Shown one piece after another: positions 39,694 to 50,081 of a DNA stretch of 64,000 bases; position 1 is the first letter of the stretch, and each line of letters starts with the position of its first letter. The notes under the pieces were generated by a model that was given only the letters and a program-made list of their open reading frames with translations, made no database searches and was not told the origin of the DNA. Source of the DNA: an uncultured Pirellulaceae bacterium (GTDB lineage: Bacteria; Planctomycetota; Planctomycetia; Pirellulales; Pirellulaceae); the NCBI GenBank assembly GCA_943788025.1, contig CALSOR010000004.1:735231-799230 (forward strand). Reading direction: 5' to 3'. The translations under genes and the position numbers were made by a program.

Positions 39694-39827
39694 TGTTTCT
39701 CATCTAAATGTTGCGACGCTTTACCGACGCTTGCTCTCACCAAACCAATCAGTGCTCGAAAAGTTTGACCAGCAGAATGACGCAAAAAAGAAATCGGGAA
39801 TAGCCCCGTGGAATAGCCTAAATCGGT

Positions 39828-40463
39828 TTAGACAATCGCTGAAGTGATCGATTGAAACTCTGCACTACTTCGGACCAAATCAAAATCGGATTCAGCATCG
39901 ATCAATTCTCGCAATCCACCTTCTAATTCCAGAGCATAATGAAGGTGCTCACAACAATTTAAGACGTTGCCCGCCAACGCCCAATAGCAGGCCAAGTTGT
40001 AAAGAACGATCGCATTTTCGGGCTCGATTTCATTCGCATGATTCAAAGAACCGATCGCCGAGTCGATCTCGTTCATGCGTTTGTAACACCAGGCCATACC
40101 GAGGTGTGTGTGAATGTTCTCGTAGTCGTTCTCCAAAGATTCCTCAAACGCCACAACTGCATTTTGGTAATCACGGCGAACGCGAAATGCTTGCCCTCTT
40201 AAAAACGCGACATGACTGCGTCGACCCGAGGTTTCATCCAATTCATTAAGAACCTTCAGCGCTTTACCGGTAATGACCTGAATGATCGGCTCATCCAATC
40301 GCCATTGGTCCTCAAGGCACATGATCAAATCCAAGTACCCCTCGGCTTGCCGAATGATTTTTTCTCTTCGAATTTTTTCTATTTGAGCCACGGTATTTCG
40401 ATTGAACGGAAAAGCAATTGAAAAAGATTTTGTTGCAGAGATGTAAACGGTGGACAAGGACAA
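39828..40463 (-). CDS. TPR-repeat protein
   Basis: 211-aa ORF with TPR-like helical pairs (AFLRGQAFRVRRDYQNAVVAFEESL, GMAWCYKRMNEIDSAIGSLNHANEI, YNLACYWALAGN). Confidence 0.65.
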   Translation of the reverse strand: MSLSTVYISATKSFSIAFPFNRNTVAQIEKIRREKIIRQAEGYLDLIMCLEDQWRLDEPIIQVITGKALKVLNELDETSGRRSHVAFLRGQAFRVRRDYQNAVVAFEESLENDYENIHTHLGMAWCYKRMNEIDSAIGSLNHANEIEPENAIVLYNLACYWALAGNVLNCCEHLHYALELEGGLRELIDAESDFDLVRSSAEFQSITSAIV

Positions 40464-40887
40464 AACAATCGACTGACTCCAGACCTGGCGATGAACCCAA
40501 ATCCGAGCTCGGATGGACGCTTATTTACAGTCTAGCTGCCCACTCACGCCACCCCGATTTCTTCTCAAAATATTCCTCAAAAGCAACAGTTGTATTGCGT
40601 GTCGCAGTTGTTTGAGAAAATAATCAGCAAACACCGGCTGGATAGAATAAACCGCATTTCCTGCCTGCAGACAATAAACATGATGCTTTTTACCAACATG
40701 GTTATTCAGACCATTGACTCGAAAATGAAACGTTTTGTCAACACGCCGAATCACCAAATCTACGCAAACCCTTTCCACCAAACACCTTAGGTCGCAAAAG
40801 CCGAAATCCATCCTGCGTTGGCACCCGTTTCGCAACTCAATCATTCACCAACAACCCATTGCTTTACTTATCTCGTCGCAAAGTGAA

Positions 40888-41226
40888 ATGGCTGGGAATC
40901 TACGTCTTTTGGTGATTCATATGATTTTCCGATATGTCGCTGTTTTGGCACTACTTTCATTGCCCATTCAAGTTTGCACCGCTGATGGAAAGTCGAATCT
41001 TCGTTTTAGCGAAATAGAGCACTTTCCATCAAATGAAGTTCACAACTCAAACGCCCTTCCCTTCCATTTCGCATTCCAAGCGATTCAAACCATACACCCG
41101 ATCATCATTGCCGGACTCATGCTGTTCCTCGTCTTGGGTGCCTGTTTTTTAATGACAGACGAAAAAGAGATCGAACTTTATCTCAAGATCGATTACCGAC
41201 CGCCAAAAACCGACATCCTGAATTAG
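40888..41226 (+). CDS. Small exported/membrane protein, hypothetical
   Basis: Lies within ORF 40735..41226. ATG 40888 gives a signal peptide (MAGNLRLLVIHMIFRYVAVLALLSLPIQVCTA) and a C-terminal TM helix (IIIAGLMLFLVLGACFLM). No family was recognised. Confidence 0.35.
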   Translation: MAGNLRLLVIHMIFRYVAVLALLSLPIQVCTADGKSNLRFSEIEHFPSNEVHNSNALPFHFAFQAIQTIHPIIIAGLMLFLVLGACFLMTDEKEIELYLKIDYRPPKTDILN

Positions 41227-41332
41227 CAAGGGCAAAACTCATTCGTTTTTCCACTCCGTCGGCCATTTACAACGTCCTCTACCAAACTGTCGTACATTGC
41301 TTAGCCAGCACTCAATTCAGCATTTCCCAGCC

Positions 41333-43312
41333 TTATTCGATCGAAAATTCCGATCTCCCCATTTCCACTTTCTCGATCAGGGAGTCAAACTGCTTGAACA
41401 CGCTCGCATAACGTCGATTGTTCCGATCAAAAGAAGAACGGTCCGGGCCAAGAGGATTCGAGTCGAAAGCCTGTTGGATGATTTCAACGGCCAAATCATC
41501 GCGATCCGTCAAAACAAGGGTCAACGCCAATTCAAGCCTAGCGCGTTCGATCAATTGAAAAAGGCTCTTTGGTATCCCGGGCTTATCGTTGGTCGCTAAA
41601 AACAGCGAATACTTTTCGATGGCGCCCAAATACTTTCCTTCTTGCAAATCCAACCACGCGTGCAATTGAGAAACGGAAGCGGTAGATGCCTGCAATTTAG
41701 CTGCGAAAAGTATTTCACGCCGGGCTTTGTCAAATTCGCCAAGAAAAGTGTGACTAACGATCAAACCCAAGATGTTTTCGAGTTGACGACGGACGTCAAT
41801 CACTTGATCGTCTTGGTCACGATTAAACTGTCGGCATTTCTGAATCCCGATGACTGCCAGGCGATAACGCTTGTTTGCAAAAGCCTCCAACGCAAAACAA
41901 CTTGCGGCCTTACGTTTTTTTTGCGAGGAACCCAGTTCTTGCAAATACTGCTCAAGAACCTCCTGATTCAGCGTTCGATCACCTGAAGGGGCATACATGA
42001 AAAACAGCTCGGTCGCGAATCCACCTGCGGTCGTCAGTTTCGACTCTCCAAGGAACTGCTGGAAACGTTCATAAAACCCTTTGTCATCCGCTGCATCTCG
42101 CAAAGATCGCCGGATGGCCAACAGATTTTCATGCTCATCCACCTCGATCATCAGGCATTCGAGAAAACGCGCAGCATCCTTTTCTTGAATCGCTAGATCC
42201 AATAGCTTTCGATTCGCGACGTCGCGGTAAATCGTGCCATTTCGTTGATCGAGCAAAATCTCCGTTGCCGATGATGCTTGTCGCAAATCGGTATACAGTT
42301 CGACCAACTGCTCATCCAACACCTTTCCCGTATTGAAACGCTTTCGAATTAAGGCCAACTGTTCAACCATCGCTTGCTTTGCAGCCGATTCGTCCTGAAA
42401 CTTTGCCTTCAGAATCTTTTGCAGCAAATTGTAAGATTCCGAATTATTATTTTCTTTCGAAATCGACTGGATGATTTTCTGTTCTGCCGTCTTCCAATCA
42501 GATTTTGCAAAGGCAACTGAGGCTTCGTCTTGCAATCGAATGGCAAGACTGGCATCGACATTGGCACGACGAAAAAGTTGCTCCGCGCGTTCGATTGAGC
42601 CTCGCCCCAAGAAGGCCCGGCCCATCATACGGTAGGTCGTCGAGGAATTCCGCAACAGTTGTTGCCGCTGGTCAGGTGACACCAAGTCCAATTGATTGAG
42701 AACTTGATCAAAGTCTCGAGCGGCCAATTCGATTTGGTTTGTTAGATATCGTAATCGCCCCACCTCAATTTGAATCAAGAGTCGTAAATAAAGATTGGTG
42801 GGCGGCATCACTCCGACATCCAGCCATCGTTGATAAAACGAAATCGCCGATTCATATTTACGTTCGTCCGTCAAAGCCAACGCAGCATTCAGAATGAGCT
42901 TCTGATCAACCAAGCCATTGCCGCCAGCGAATTCAGCATATCGAACGAATTCATTTTTCAAACGCAAACGATTGGTTAGCAGCAAAATCTCTCTCAAAAT
43001 CGCCGGATTAGCCTGGGCACGGTACGCCCGTTGTAATGTCCGCAATGCGTCGACATTCTTTCGATTCACCCGCTGTAAAACACTTGCGGAATAGAGTGAC
43101 TCGGACAGGATGTCGCGCTTCAAGTTTTCGCGATCCGAGCTCTTGTCTGATTTCTCACCCAATGGTGTCGCCAGATCGTTTCTCATCGGCGATACATCCG
43201 ACGATGTAACCTGAGCGTAAATCAGTGGCAGATGAAAAATCAACGTCCAACCAAAAACCATCACTCCCATTAGAAACTTGATCGCTGGTTTCCGTCGAAT
43301 GCGAGTGAACAT
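41333..43312 (-). CDS. Large TPR-like/helical-repeat protein with an N-terminal signal anchor
   Basis: 659-aa ORF with an N-terminal hydrophobic segment (AIKFLMGVMVFGWTLIFHLPLIYA) and all-helical repeat character. Confidence 0.7.
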   Translation of the reverse strand: MFTRIRRKPAIKFLMGVMVFGWTLIFHLPLIYAQVTSSDVSPMRNDLATPLGEKSDKSSDRENLKRDILSESLYSASVLQRVNRKNVDALRTLQRAYRAQANPAILREILLLTNRLRLKNEFVRYAEFAGGNGLVDQKLILNAALALTDERKYESAISFYQRWLDVGVMPPTNLYLRLLIQIEVGRLRYLTNQIELAARDFDQVLNQLDLVSPDQRQQLLRNSSTTYRMMGRAFLGRGSIERAEQLFRRANVDASLAIRLQDEASVAFAKSDWKTAEQKIIQSISKENNNSESYNLLQKILKAKFQDESAAKQAMVEQLALIRKRFNTGKVLDEQLVELYTDLRQASSATEILLDQRNGTIYRDVANRKLLDLAIQEKDAARFLECLMIEVDEHENLLAIRRSLRDAADDKGFYERFQQFLGESKLTTAGGFATELFFMYAPSGDRTLNQEVLEQYLQELGSSQKKRKAASCFALEAFANKRYRLAVIGIQKCRQFNRDQDDQVIDVRRQLENILGLIVSHTFLGEFDKARREILFAAKLQASTASVSQLHAWLDLQEGKYLGAIEKYSLFLATNDKPGIPKSLFQLIERARLELALTLVLTDRDDLAVEIIQQAFDSNPLGPDRSSFDRNNRRYASVFKQFDSLIEKVEMGRSEFSIE

Positions 43313-43345
43313 GTTGCTCCAATGAAACTTAGCGAAGACCGCTGC

Positions 43346-44335
43346 TTACCTTGGCTTCTTTTTCGACAACTTTTTATTTGGCGTTTTCTTCGCCGTTGCG
43401 GCTGTCTTACCCGGTGCCGATTTCGTCACCGATTTTTTCTTCACCGCTTTTTTGGCCGGTGCAGCTGCCTTAGCTGACGTGGCAGGTTTTGCCGTTTTCT
43501 TTTCCGGTATTTTCTTTTCCGGTGCTTTCTTGGCTGAAGCTTTTTTGGCCGGCTTCTTGTCCGCCACTGTTTTTTTGGTTGCCGATTTCGCCGGCACCGA
43601 TGCTGCTTTCACACTCTCCGTTTCAGGTGCGACTTCTGTTTCTTTCTTTTTCGATTGTCGCTTCGGGAATCGATCCTTGGCGATTGGATCAATTGAGGTG
43701 ATCAGCGTTCGCAAATTTGTCGAAAACGGCGTGGCTCGGAAGTCAGCAGCCAGCTGATGGAGTATGGATCCAAAATCGACACCCGCAGTTTTTGAAATCG
43801 CACGCTCCAATCCAGGAACCGTTCCTTGTGCGGCCTCCTTTTCCGTGACGACATCAAGCATCAACATCAGATCCATTGTGGACCCATCGAGAGGAATAGA
43901 ATGACCGCCCAACGCACTTTGAACGACATACGAGGACACGAATGGCGTAACCGATTTGTAAGACATCAGTTTTTGGGTCGCCTTACCAAGATTCTCCTTG
44001 CGCAAGTACTCCAAATCCCAGCTATATTGCGATTCAAAAACGTTATAAAGCGTTTTTTTGACACGTGTCGCAGCAGCGGTCGGATCAAACAAATCCGATA
44101 TTTCCTCTGCGAGTTCACTTACAGTCGTGACACGAATCTCATTCCAACCGGTGTATATCTCCTGCAACCGGGCAAAAGCATCATTCGCAGGATCGTACTT
44201 GGAATCTTCGAGACAACAAGCAAAAACCAAATGCTCCAAAACAGACCGATTGGTCGGGGGCTTGATCGGCTGATAATTTTTCTTGAGAACCGTTTGAAGT
44301 TTCGCGATTTTCTTCGCGCGATTAGTGGCTGACAT
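43346..44335 (-). CDS. Endonuclease III-like HhH-domain protein with a histone H1-like Lys/Ala/Pro-rich C-terminal tail
   Basis: The N-terminal roughly 220 aa resemble the HhH-GPD fold proteins common in planctomycetes. The C-terminal roughly 105 aa read KKTVADKKPAKKASAKKAPEKKIPEKKTAKPATSAKAAAPAKKAVKKKSVTKSAPGKTAATAKKTPNKKLSKKKPR. Confidence 0.75.
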   Translation of the reverse strand: MSATNRAKKIAKLQTVLKKNYQPIKPPTNRSVLEHLVFACCLEDSKYDPANDAFARLQEIYTGWNEIRVTTVSELAEEISDLFDPTAAATRVKKTLYNVFESQYSWDLEYLRKENLGKATQKLMSYKSVTPFVSSYVVQSALGGHSIPLDGSTMDLMLMLDVVTEKEAAQGTVPGLERAISKTAGVDFGSILHQLAADFRATPFSTNLRTLITSIDPIAKDRFPKRQSKKKETEVAPETESVKAASVPAKSATKKTVADKKPAKKASAKKAPEKKIPEKKTAKPATSAKAAAPAKKAVKKKSVTKSAPGKTAATAKKTPNKKLSKKKPR

Positions 44336-44560
44336 TCAGATTCCAATACTCTTGTTTTTCAATTAACTTCTATGACTCCATCTTCATTGACATTTTTTGT
44401 CGCACAATCCTTGATCGGCCGAAATTTATCGAATTGAAAATGGTACCGGTATTTGACCGGCGGTGACCAACCAAGGTTGCTCCCTGATTCAGATCGTTTT
44501 CATTTGCCTTTAATTATGAATCCATAAAAACCGAATTCGTCTATTTAAACAGCTTTTGGT

Positions 44561-45055
44561 TTAAGTTTTGTCGCTTGGGTTTGGCTCTTCCGGAACTTCG
44601 TTTGAAGCCTCACCTAATTTTGCATCCGCAATTTCAACCTGCCCGTCTGGGTCGATGTCACTTGATTCAGCCAAATCCAAATCATTATCCACCGACTCTC
44701 CAATCACCGTTTCTTTTGGCAAAACCTCGTCCAAAATCCGCGTGACTTCGATCGAATTCTTGACACCCTGGTCGAGCACAAACTTGATCTTTGGCACATA
44801 CCGCGTGTCGATTCGCTCGTTGATTTTCTGCTGCAGATACCCAGCCGAATTTTGCAAACCGTTGATGCAAAGTTTTTGCTTTGACTCGTCGCCCATCACA
44901 CTAACGTGAACTTTTGCATTTCGCATGTCTCCCGAAACCTCGACAAATGTTACCGTGACATTTTCGATTCGAGGATCTTTTAGCTCGACCAAAATCGCCA
45001 TGCTGACAACCTGTCGTATGGATTCAGCAGCCTTTAGTACACGACGAGAACTCAT
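44561..45055 (-). CDS. rbfA: Ribosome-binding factor A with an acidic C-terminal extension
   Basis: RVLKAAESIRQVVSMAIL..DPRIENVTVTFVEVSGDMRNAKVHVSV is typical of RbfA. It sits immediately downstream of infB. Confidence 0.9.
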   Translation of the reverse strand: MSSRRVLKAAESIRQVVSMAILVELKDPRIENVTVTFVEVSGDMRNAKVHVSVMGDESKQKLCINGLQNSAGYLQQKINERIDTRYVPKIKFVLDQGVKNSIEVTRILDEVLPKETVIGESVDNDLDLAESSDIDPDGQVEIADAKLGEASNEVPEEPNPSDKT

Positions 45056-45156
45056 AATGAATGAACTTGGGGATTTGATTTGGAGTTTGCGAAAAATTCA
45101 CGCTGCGGAAACTGTCATGGCCAACGTCACCATGACAAATTTCACAACGCCTAGCG

Positions 45157-48083
45157 TCAAAGTGTCCGAGCAATTTCTTCCACTTTGTAGGCCTCAAAAG
45201 TGTCAGCCTCTTTCACATCGTTAAAGCCCTGCAGCTTAATACCGCACTCCATTCCCTGGCGAACTTCTTTTGAATCGTCTTTCTCACGTCGCAAAGTGTC
45301 AATTGCGTAATCACCAATAATCCGATTGTCTCGAATGACACGAATTCGACTGTCACGATCAATTGTACCCCGCATCACTCGACAACCAGCGATTGTCCCA
45401 ATCCGGCTAATGGTAAACGTTCGCAGAATCATCGCCGATCCAGTTTCGACATCTCGTTTCTCTGGTTTCAAACGACCTTCCAGCGTCGCACGAATGTCTT
45501 CTGAGACCTTGTAAATGATGTCATAACGGCGAATTTCAACGTTCGCTTCATCTGCCAAGATGCGAGCTGCTTCATCAGGAACGACATTAAATCCAATCAC
45601 AACCGCTTGAGAAGCCTGAGCCAATGTCACATCGCCTCGCGTAATTCCACCGACCGAGGCCTGCAGAATATTGATCTCAACTTCCGGGTGATCTAGTTTC
45701 CCAAGCTCTTTTGTAATCGCCTCAATCGACCCGCGAACATCCGCTCGAATGATCAAGTTTAGCTTGACCAGCTCATCTCTCTCATCGGAAAGTGACCCCG
45801 ACTCCAGCCGAGCCTGAAACTCTTCGAGTGAAACCATGGTCGTATTGCCGGATAACGATTCCGATCGAGTTCGATCTGTTCGACTCTCCGCGATTTCGCG
45901 AGCTTTTGATATATCGTCCAGAACATACATCATGTCACCAGCTTCTGGAGCGATGTCTAATCCAAACACATTGACGGTCATCGACGGACCTGCAGTCTTG
46001 ATCTTGCGATTGGTTAACGTGTCCGCCATCGCTCGAATCTTACCATGAGCAGCACCGCATACGACGGCATCGCCAACTTTTAACGTTCCGTTTTTCACGA
46101 TGGTTTTCGCAATCACACCCCGGCCCGATTCCTGTTCGGTTTCCAAACAGGTTGCAATCGCGGCGCGATCGGGATTTGCCTTGTACTCATGAAGCTCAGC
46201 GGTCACCAAAATCGTTTCCAACAATGAGTCCATTCCTTCACCAGTAGTAGCGCTGGTTCGAACCACTTCGATTTCACCACCCCATTCACTGGGCAGCAAC
46301 TCATGTTGAGCGAGATCTTGAAGAACCTTCTCCGGGTTCGCTGATGGCAAATCAATTTTGTTGAGTGCCACGATGATCGGCACACCAGCCGCTTTGGCGT
46401 GGCTGATCGCCTCTTCCGTTTGTGGCATTACGCCATCGTCGGCAGCGACAACCAAAACCGCGATGTCGGTCACATTTGCACCGCGAGCACGCATCGCTGT
46501 AAAAGCTTCGTGACCTGGCGTGTCGACAAATGAGATCCGCTGGCCGTCATCTCGGACAATTGAATAGGCACGAATATGCTGCGTGATCCCGCCTGCCTCG
46601 CCGGAAACCACATTGATTCCGATAATCGAATCCAAAAGCGACGTTTTCCCGTGGTCAACGTGACCAAGGAACGTAATCACAGGAGGCCGCGATTGCAATT
46701 GACTATCATCGTCAACCACGTCCTCGAACGTGTCGATTAACGACTCTTCCAATGATTCTTTATGCCGGACTTCGACCTCGACACCCAACTGGGTGATCAA
46801 CAATTCAGCAACTTCATCCTCCAGCACTGAGTTAATCGTGATGCCGCCAATTTGCATGTCAATCATCAACGTCTTCAAAATCTGACCGGAAGCTACACCA
46901 GCTGCCTCAGAAAGCGAACGAACCGTACACGGAAGCTCGAGAACGACATTGTCTTTTCGGGGTGCAGCTGTGCTAACGACATTTTTCTTGTCGCGGCGAT
47001 ATCGTGAATAACGGCGACGTGAACCATCGTCATCCGAACGATTAAATCCACGTCCACGACTCTTGGAGCGGTTCTGGCGAATATTCCCCATTCCAGAATC
47101 CACTTTGTCTTTGGCGCCCGCAGCGGCTCGTCCTTTTTTGCCTTTTCCTTTGGCAGCCTGCTGCAGTTCAACCTCGCCAACCACGCGAGCGATGTCATCA
47201 CTCCTTTGATCAACGGCGGACTTTGGAAGCCCTTTTCGATTGCCCTTTTTGGTTTTGTTGCTATCGGTGAACTGCCCAAGCGGTGCGTTTGCACCGTACT
47301 TTACCTGTTTGATTGCATCCTGAGGCAATGCGATATCAGGCTTCTGAATCTTCTCACCGGTTTCTTTCCTCTTTTTCGGCTGCTGAATTTCAGGCATGGC
47401 TGCCGTATTAATTACAGGGCCTTTGCGTTTGCTCTCACGCTTCGGGTCGTCCTTGCCACCATTTTTCTCATCCACCTTTTTCGATTGACCTAGCTGCCGA
47501 ATCGGTCGGCGCTGAGGAAGCAGCCCAGCGTTACGATTTCTCGTCACACGCTCTGGTTGACGAACCGGAGCATCAGATGAAGAGCCAGTCGGCGAAGAAC
47601 TAGCCGACGGAGACGCGTCTTTATTTGACTGAGTTGACCTTGGAGGTGGCGCTACGGCGGAGGAGTGACTGGCGGAGAAGTGACAGCGGGCGCAGAAGCC
47701 CCTACCGAATCAATCGGTGCGGTCTTTGGCGGCGTCGCCTCCTCAACCACTGTTGAATTCTCAACCGGTTCATCGGGTTTTGGAGCGGGCTCCCTGTTTG
47801 CCTTTTTTCGAAGCAAGTCACGCGCCGAGAGATTACGGACCGGCGCCTTCCCCCTAGTCGGTTTTTCCAACCGCACCGCCTCGAGACTCTTTTCCTCTGC
47901 GCTTTTTCTGGGCTTGGGGTCGCCCTTTTCGCTGAGAAACTTTTTTACCTTTTCAACCTCATCGTCTTCAAGACTTGCTAGCGCAGAACCCTTCCCACGC
48001 AAACCTGCTTTTTCACAGATGCTGACAAGCTCTTTGTTGTCGATGCTTAACTCTTTTGCTAACGAATAGATCCGTATTGCCAA
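45157..48083 (-). CDS. infB: Translation initiation factor IF-2, with the reading frame interrupted once near 47652-47709
   Basis: ORF 45157..47547 carries the G-domain ([24 protein letters not shown]) and C-terminal domains. ORF 47652..48149 carries the IF2_N motif (L)[27 protein letters not shown], with a likely TTG start at 48083. The two parts are in different frames. Confidence 0.9.
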
Positions 48084-48296
48084 AGTGTTTATTCTTCCCT
48101 TCGATAAACCGAAAAAACGCAGTTCGAATTGCAAACACGCTGCCTGCAACCGCTTGAGTTTCCACGACTATTTCATACAGTTGCCTTGATATTGCTACAT
48201 ATAAATTCTCCCAGTTCGATGCTTGTCTCTCTTGGCAACCAAAAAAAGACGCCTGCATCAAACCAGTTACAAGTTTTGTTTTATTCGTGGCCATGG

Positions 48297-49718
48297 TTAA
48301 CTGGCACTCGAATCCGAGCTTTCAGAATCTGAAGGTTCATCAATCACTGATGATTCCGGTTTCTGGACTTGGGAATCCGTGTTTCCTGAAGCAAGTTCGT
48401 CTGGACTTGCAGCAGGAGTTTCTGCCTTAGGTGGAGCCGCGGCTAACTGTTCAGCTTCAAGCTTCTGAGCTTCAAGCTTCTGAGCTTCAAGCTTCTGAGC
48501 TTCAAGCTTTTCTGCCACTTGCTTTTGAGCCTCAACTCGCTTTCGACGCTTTTCTTCATCCGCCCGAGACTCAGCCTCTAAAGCCCGCTCTTCGGCCTGA
48601 ACGACAATTGCGTCAACCTGCTCTTCCGTAAGACCACCCATTTCCATAAGGACATCGGGCTCTATTACCTCTAAATCATCGTATGACAAATATCCTTCGC
48701 CTACCAGTGCGTTAGCCAAATCTTCCTCAATTCCTTTAATTTCGCTAAACCCGACAACCGCTCTTTCGATCTGAGACTCCAGTTCCTCCTGCGTCATGAT
48801 CTCAATGTCCCAACCGCACAGTTTACTTGCCAGACGGACATTTTGCCCGCGTTTTCCGATAGCAAGCGAAAGCTGGTCCTCTCCGACCAAAACAATTGCT
48901 CGGCCAATCTGCTCACACAAAATGACCTCATCGACTTCCGCCGGTTGCAACGCATTAGGGATCATTACTTGAGGATCTTCATCATATCGAACGATGTCGA
49001 TACGTTCTCTCGACAATTCGTCGACTATGTTTTTAATTCGGCTACCACGGACGCCAACACAAGCACCAACGCAGTCAACTTTCGAATCGGAACTGGAAAC
49101 AGCGACTTTACTACGAAACCCTGGCTCGCGTGAAACGCCTTTAAACTCAATTACACCGTCAATAATTTCAGGAATTTCCTGTTCAAAAAGCCGCTGCACC
49201 AAAACGGGGCGGGTTCGACTCAAGATGATCCGCACCCGACTTCCCTGCGTTTTCACCTCTGAAATCACAGCACGGACGCGTTCTTTTACATGATGCGTCT
49301 CGCCCGGAATTTGCTCGCCGCGAGGCAAAATCGCTTCGAGTGACCCAAGGTTGACGGTGACCGTGCCACCATCGGTTCGCTCGATGACGCCGCTCACCAA
49401 TTCATTAATTTGGTCTTCGTATTCGATTAGCAATGCATCACGCTCTGCCTCACGAACTTTCTGAATAATCACCTGTTTGGCGGTCTGGGCGCCGATCCGG
49501 CCAACAATATCTTCGTAATCGACGATCTCACCATTGACTGCGCCGTCAATTCCGCCAGTCGAGCGATCAATTACAAAATCAATTTCCGCTTCTTCGCCAT
49601 AATGTTTTCGCGCAGCGGAAATCAACGCCGATTCAATCGCATGGAACACAAGTTCCTTTTCAATGCTTTTCTCTCGGTGCAATGAATCTACAATTCGAAG
49701 TACTTCGCCAGCGTTCAT
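48297..49718 (-). CDS. nusA: Transcription termination/antitermination factor NusA
   Basis: MNAGEVLRIVDSLHREKSIEKELVFHAIESAL aligns with the canonical NusA N-terminus (ATG 49718; the track start 49739 is GTG). S1 and KH regions are present (GQNVRLASKLCGWDIEI), and the C-terminal tail carries pentapeptide repeats. Confidence 0.95.
   Translation of the reverse strand: MNAGEVLRIVDSLHREKSIEKELVFHAIESALISAARKHYGEEAEIDFVIDRSTGGIDGAVNGEIVDYEDIVGRIGAQTAKQVIIQKVREAERDALLIEYEDQINELVSGVIERTDGGTVTVNLGSLEAILPRGEQIPGETHHVKERVRAVISEVKTQGSRVRIILSRTRPVLVQRLFEQEIPEIIDGVIEFKGVSREPGFRSKVAVSSSDSKVDCVGACVGVRGSRIKNIVDELSRERIDIVRYDEDPQVMIPNALQPAEVDEVILCEQIGRAIVLVGEDQLSLAIGKRGQNVRLASKLCGWDIEIMTQEELESQIERAVVGFSEIKGIEEDLANALVGEGYLSYDDLEVIEPDVLMEMGGLTEEQVDAIVVQAEERALEAESRADEEKRRKRVEAQKQVAEKLEAQKLEAQKLEAQKLEAEQLAAAPPKAETPAASPDELASGNTDSQVQKPESSVIDEPSDSESSDSSAS
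48454..48511. repeat. 15-bp in-frame tandem repeat, about 3.8 copies, inside nusA (encodes QKLEA repeats)
   Basis: gcttcaagcttctga is repeated at 48454, 48469 and 48484, with a partial copy at 48499. The protein reads AEKLEAQKLEAQKLEAQKLEAEQLA. Confidence 0.95.
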
Positions 49719-50081
49719 TTTTTCTCTTTCAATATCCACTCAGTAGCGGAATCAACAATTTGGAATCTTCAACTTCTCGCCTATCAAACAAAAAACCGCC
49801 GGTTCACGCTGCAACCATTGGCGACCTTGTATCGCAAATATCAGCGTTCCCCGCCGGACAATAGACTTCAAAGAAGCAATTCTGATAATGTCCGAGCGAT
49901 CGATTAGCATCGACACTCTACTCCAAGATCAATGAAGAACCGAGAAACTCAACCTTCATCAAATCCGAAGCTTTTTCTAGGCTAAAAATGAATGGCCTAA
50001 ACAGATTAGACTACAGCTATGCGAAAAAAGTGTCAATCACAAGGGGTGTCAATAACGCCAAATCAGACCAATTCGTAGGTT

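Noticed and set aside
39528-39785. The 16-bp repeat array considered as a CRISPR array, or the overlapping 85-aa ORF considered as a gene
   Set aside because: The repeats are directly contiguous with no spacers, the unit is only 16 bp, and no cas genes are present. The ORF translation (..FPVSLVSGVVGFRCRWFPVSLISGVV..) simply mirrors the repeat.
47652-48149. 165-aa ORF as an independent gene
   Set aside because: It carries the IF2_N motif and is contiguous with infB. It is treated as the N-terminal part of infB, and its first 22 codons upstream of TTG 48083 are probably untranslated.
50008-50036. TTGACA-N17-TAGTCT promoter-like element on the minus strand between the vWA gene and nusA
   Set aside because: This is a hexamer match only, about 285 nt upstream of the nusA start. 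One or two such matches are expected by chance in a window this size.
49740-50081. Search for rimP upstream of nusA, and for truB downstream of rbfA
   Set aside because: The 340-bp gap has no ORF of adequate length in any frame, and the gene after rbfA is the HhH/H1-tail protein. These are absences, not features.
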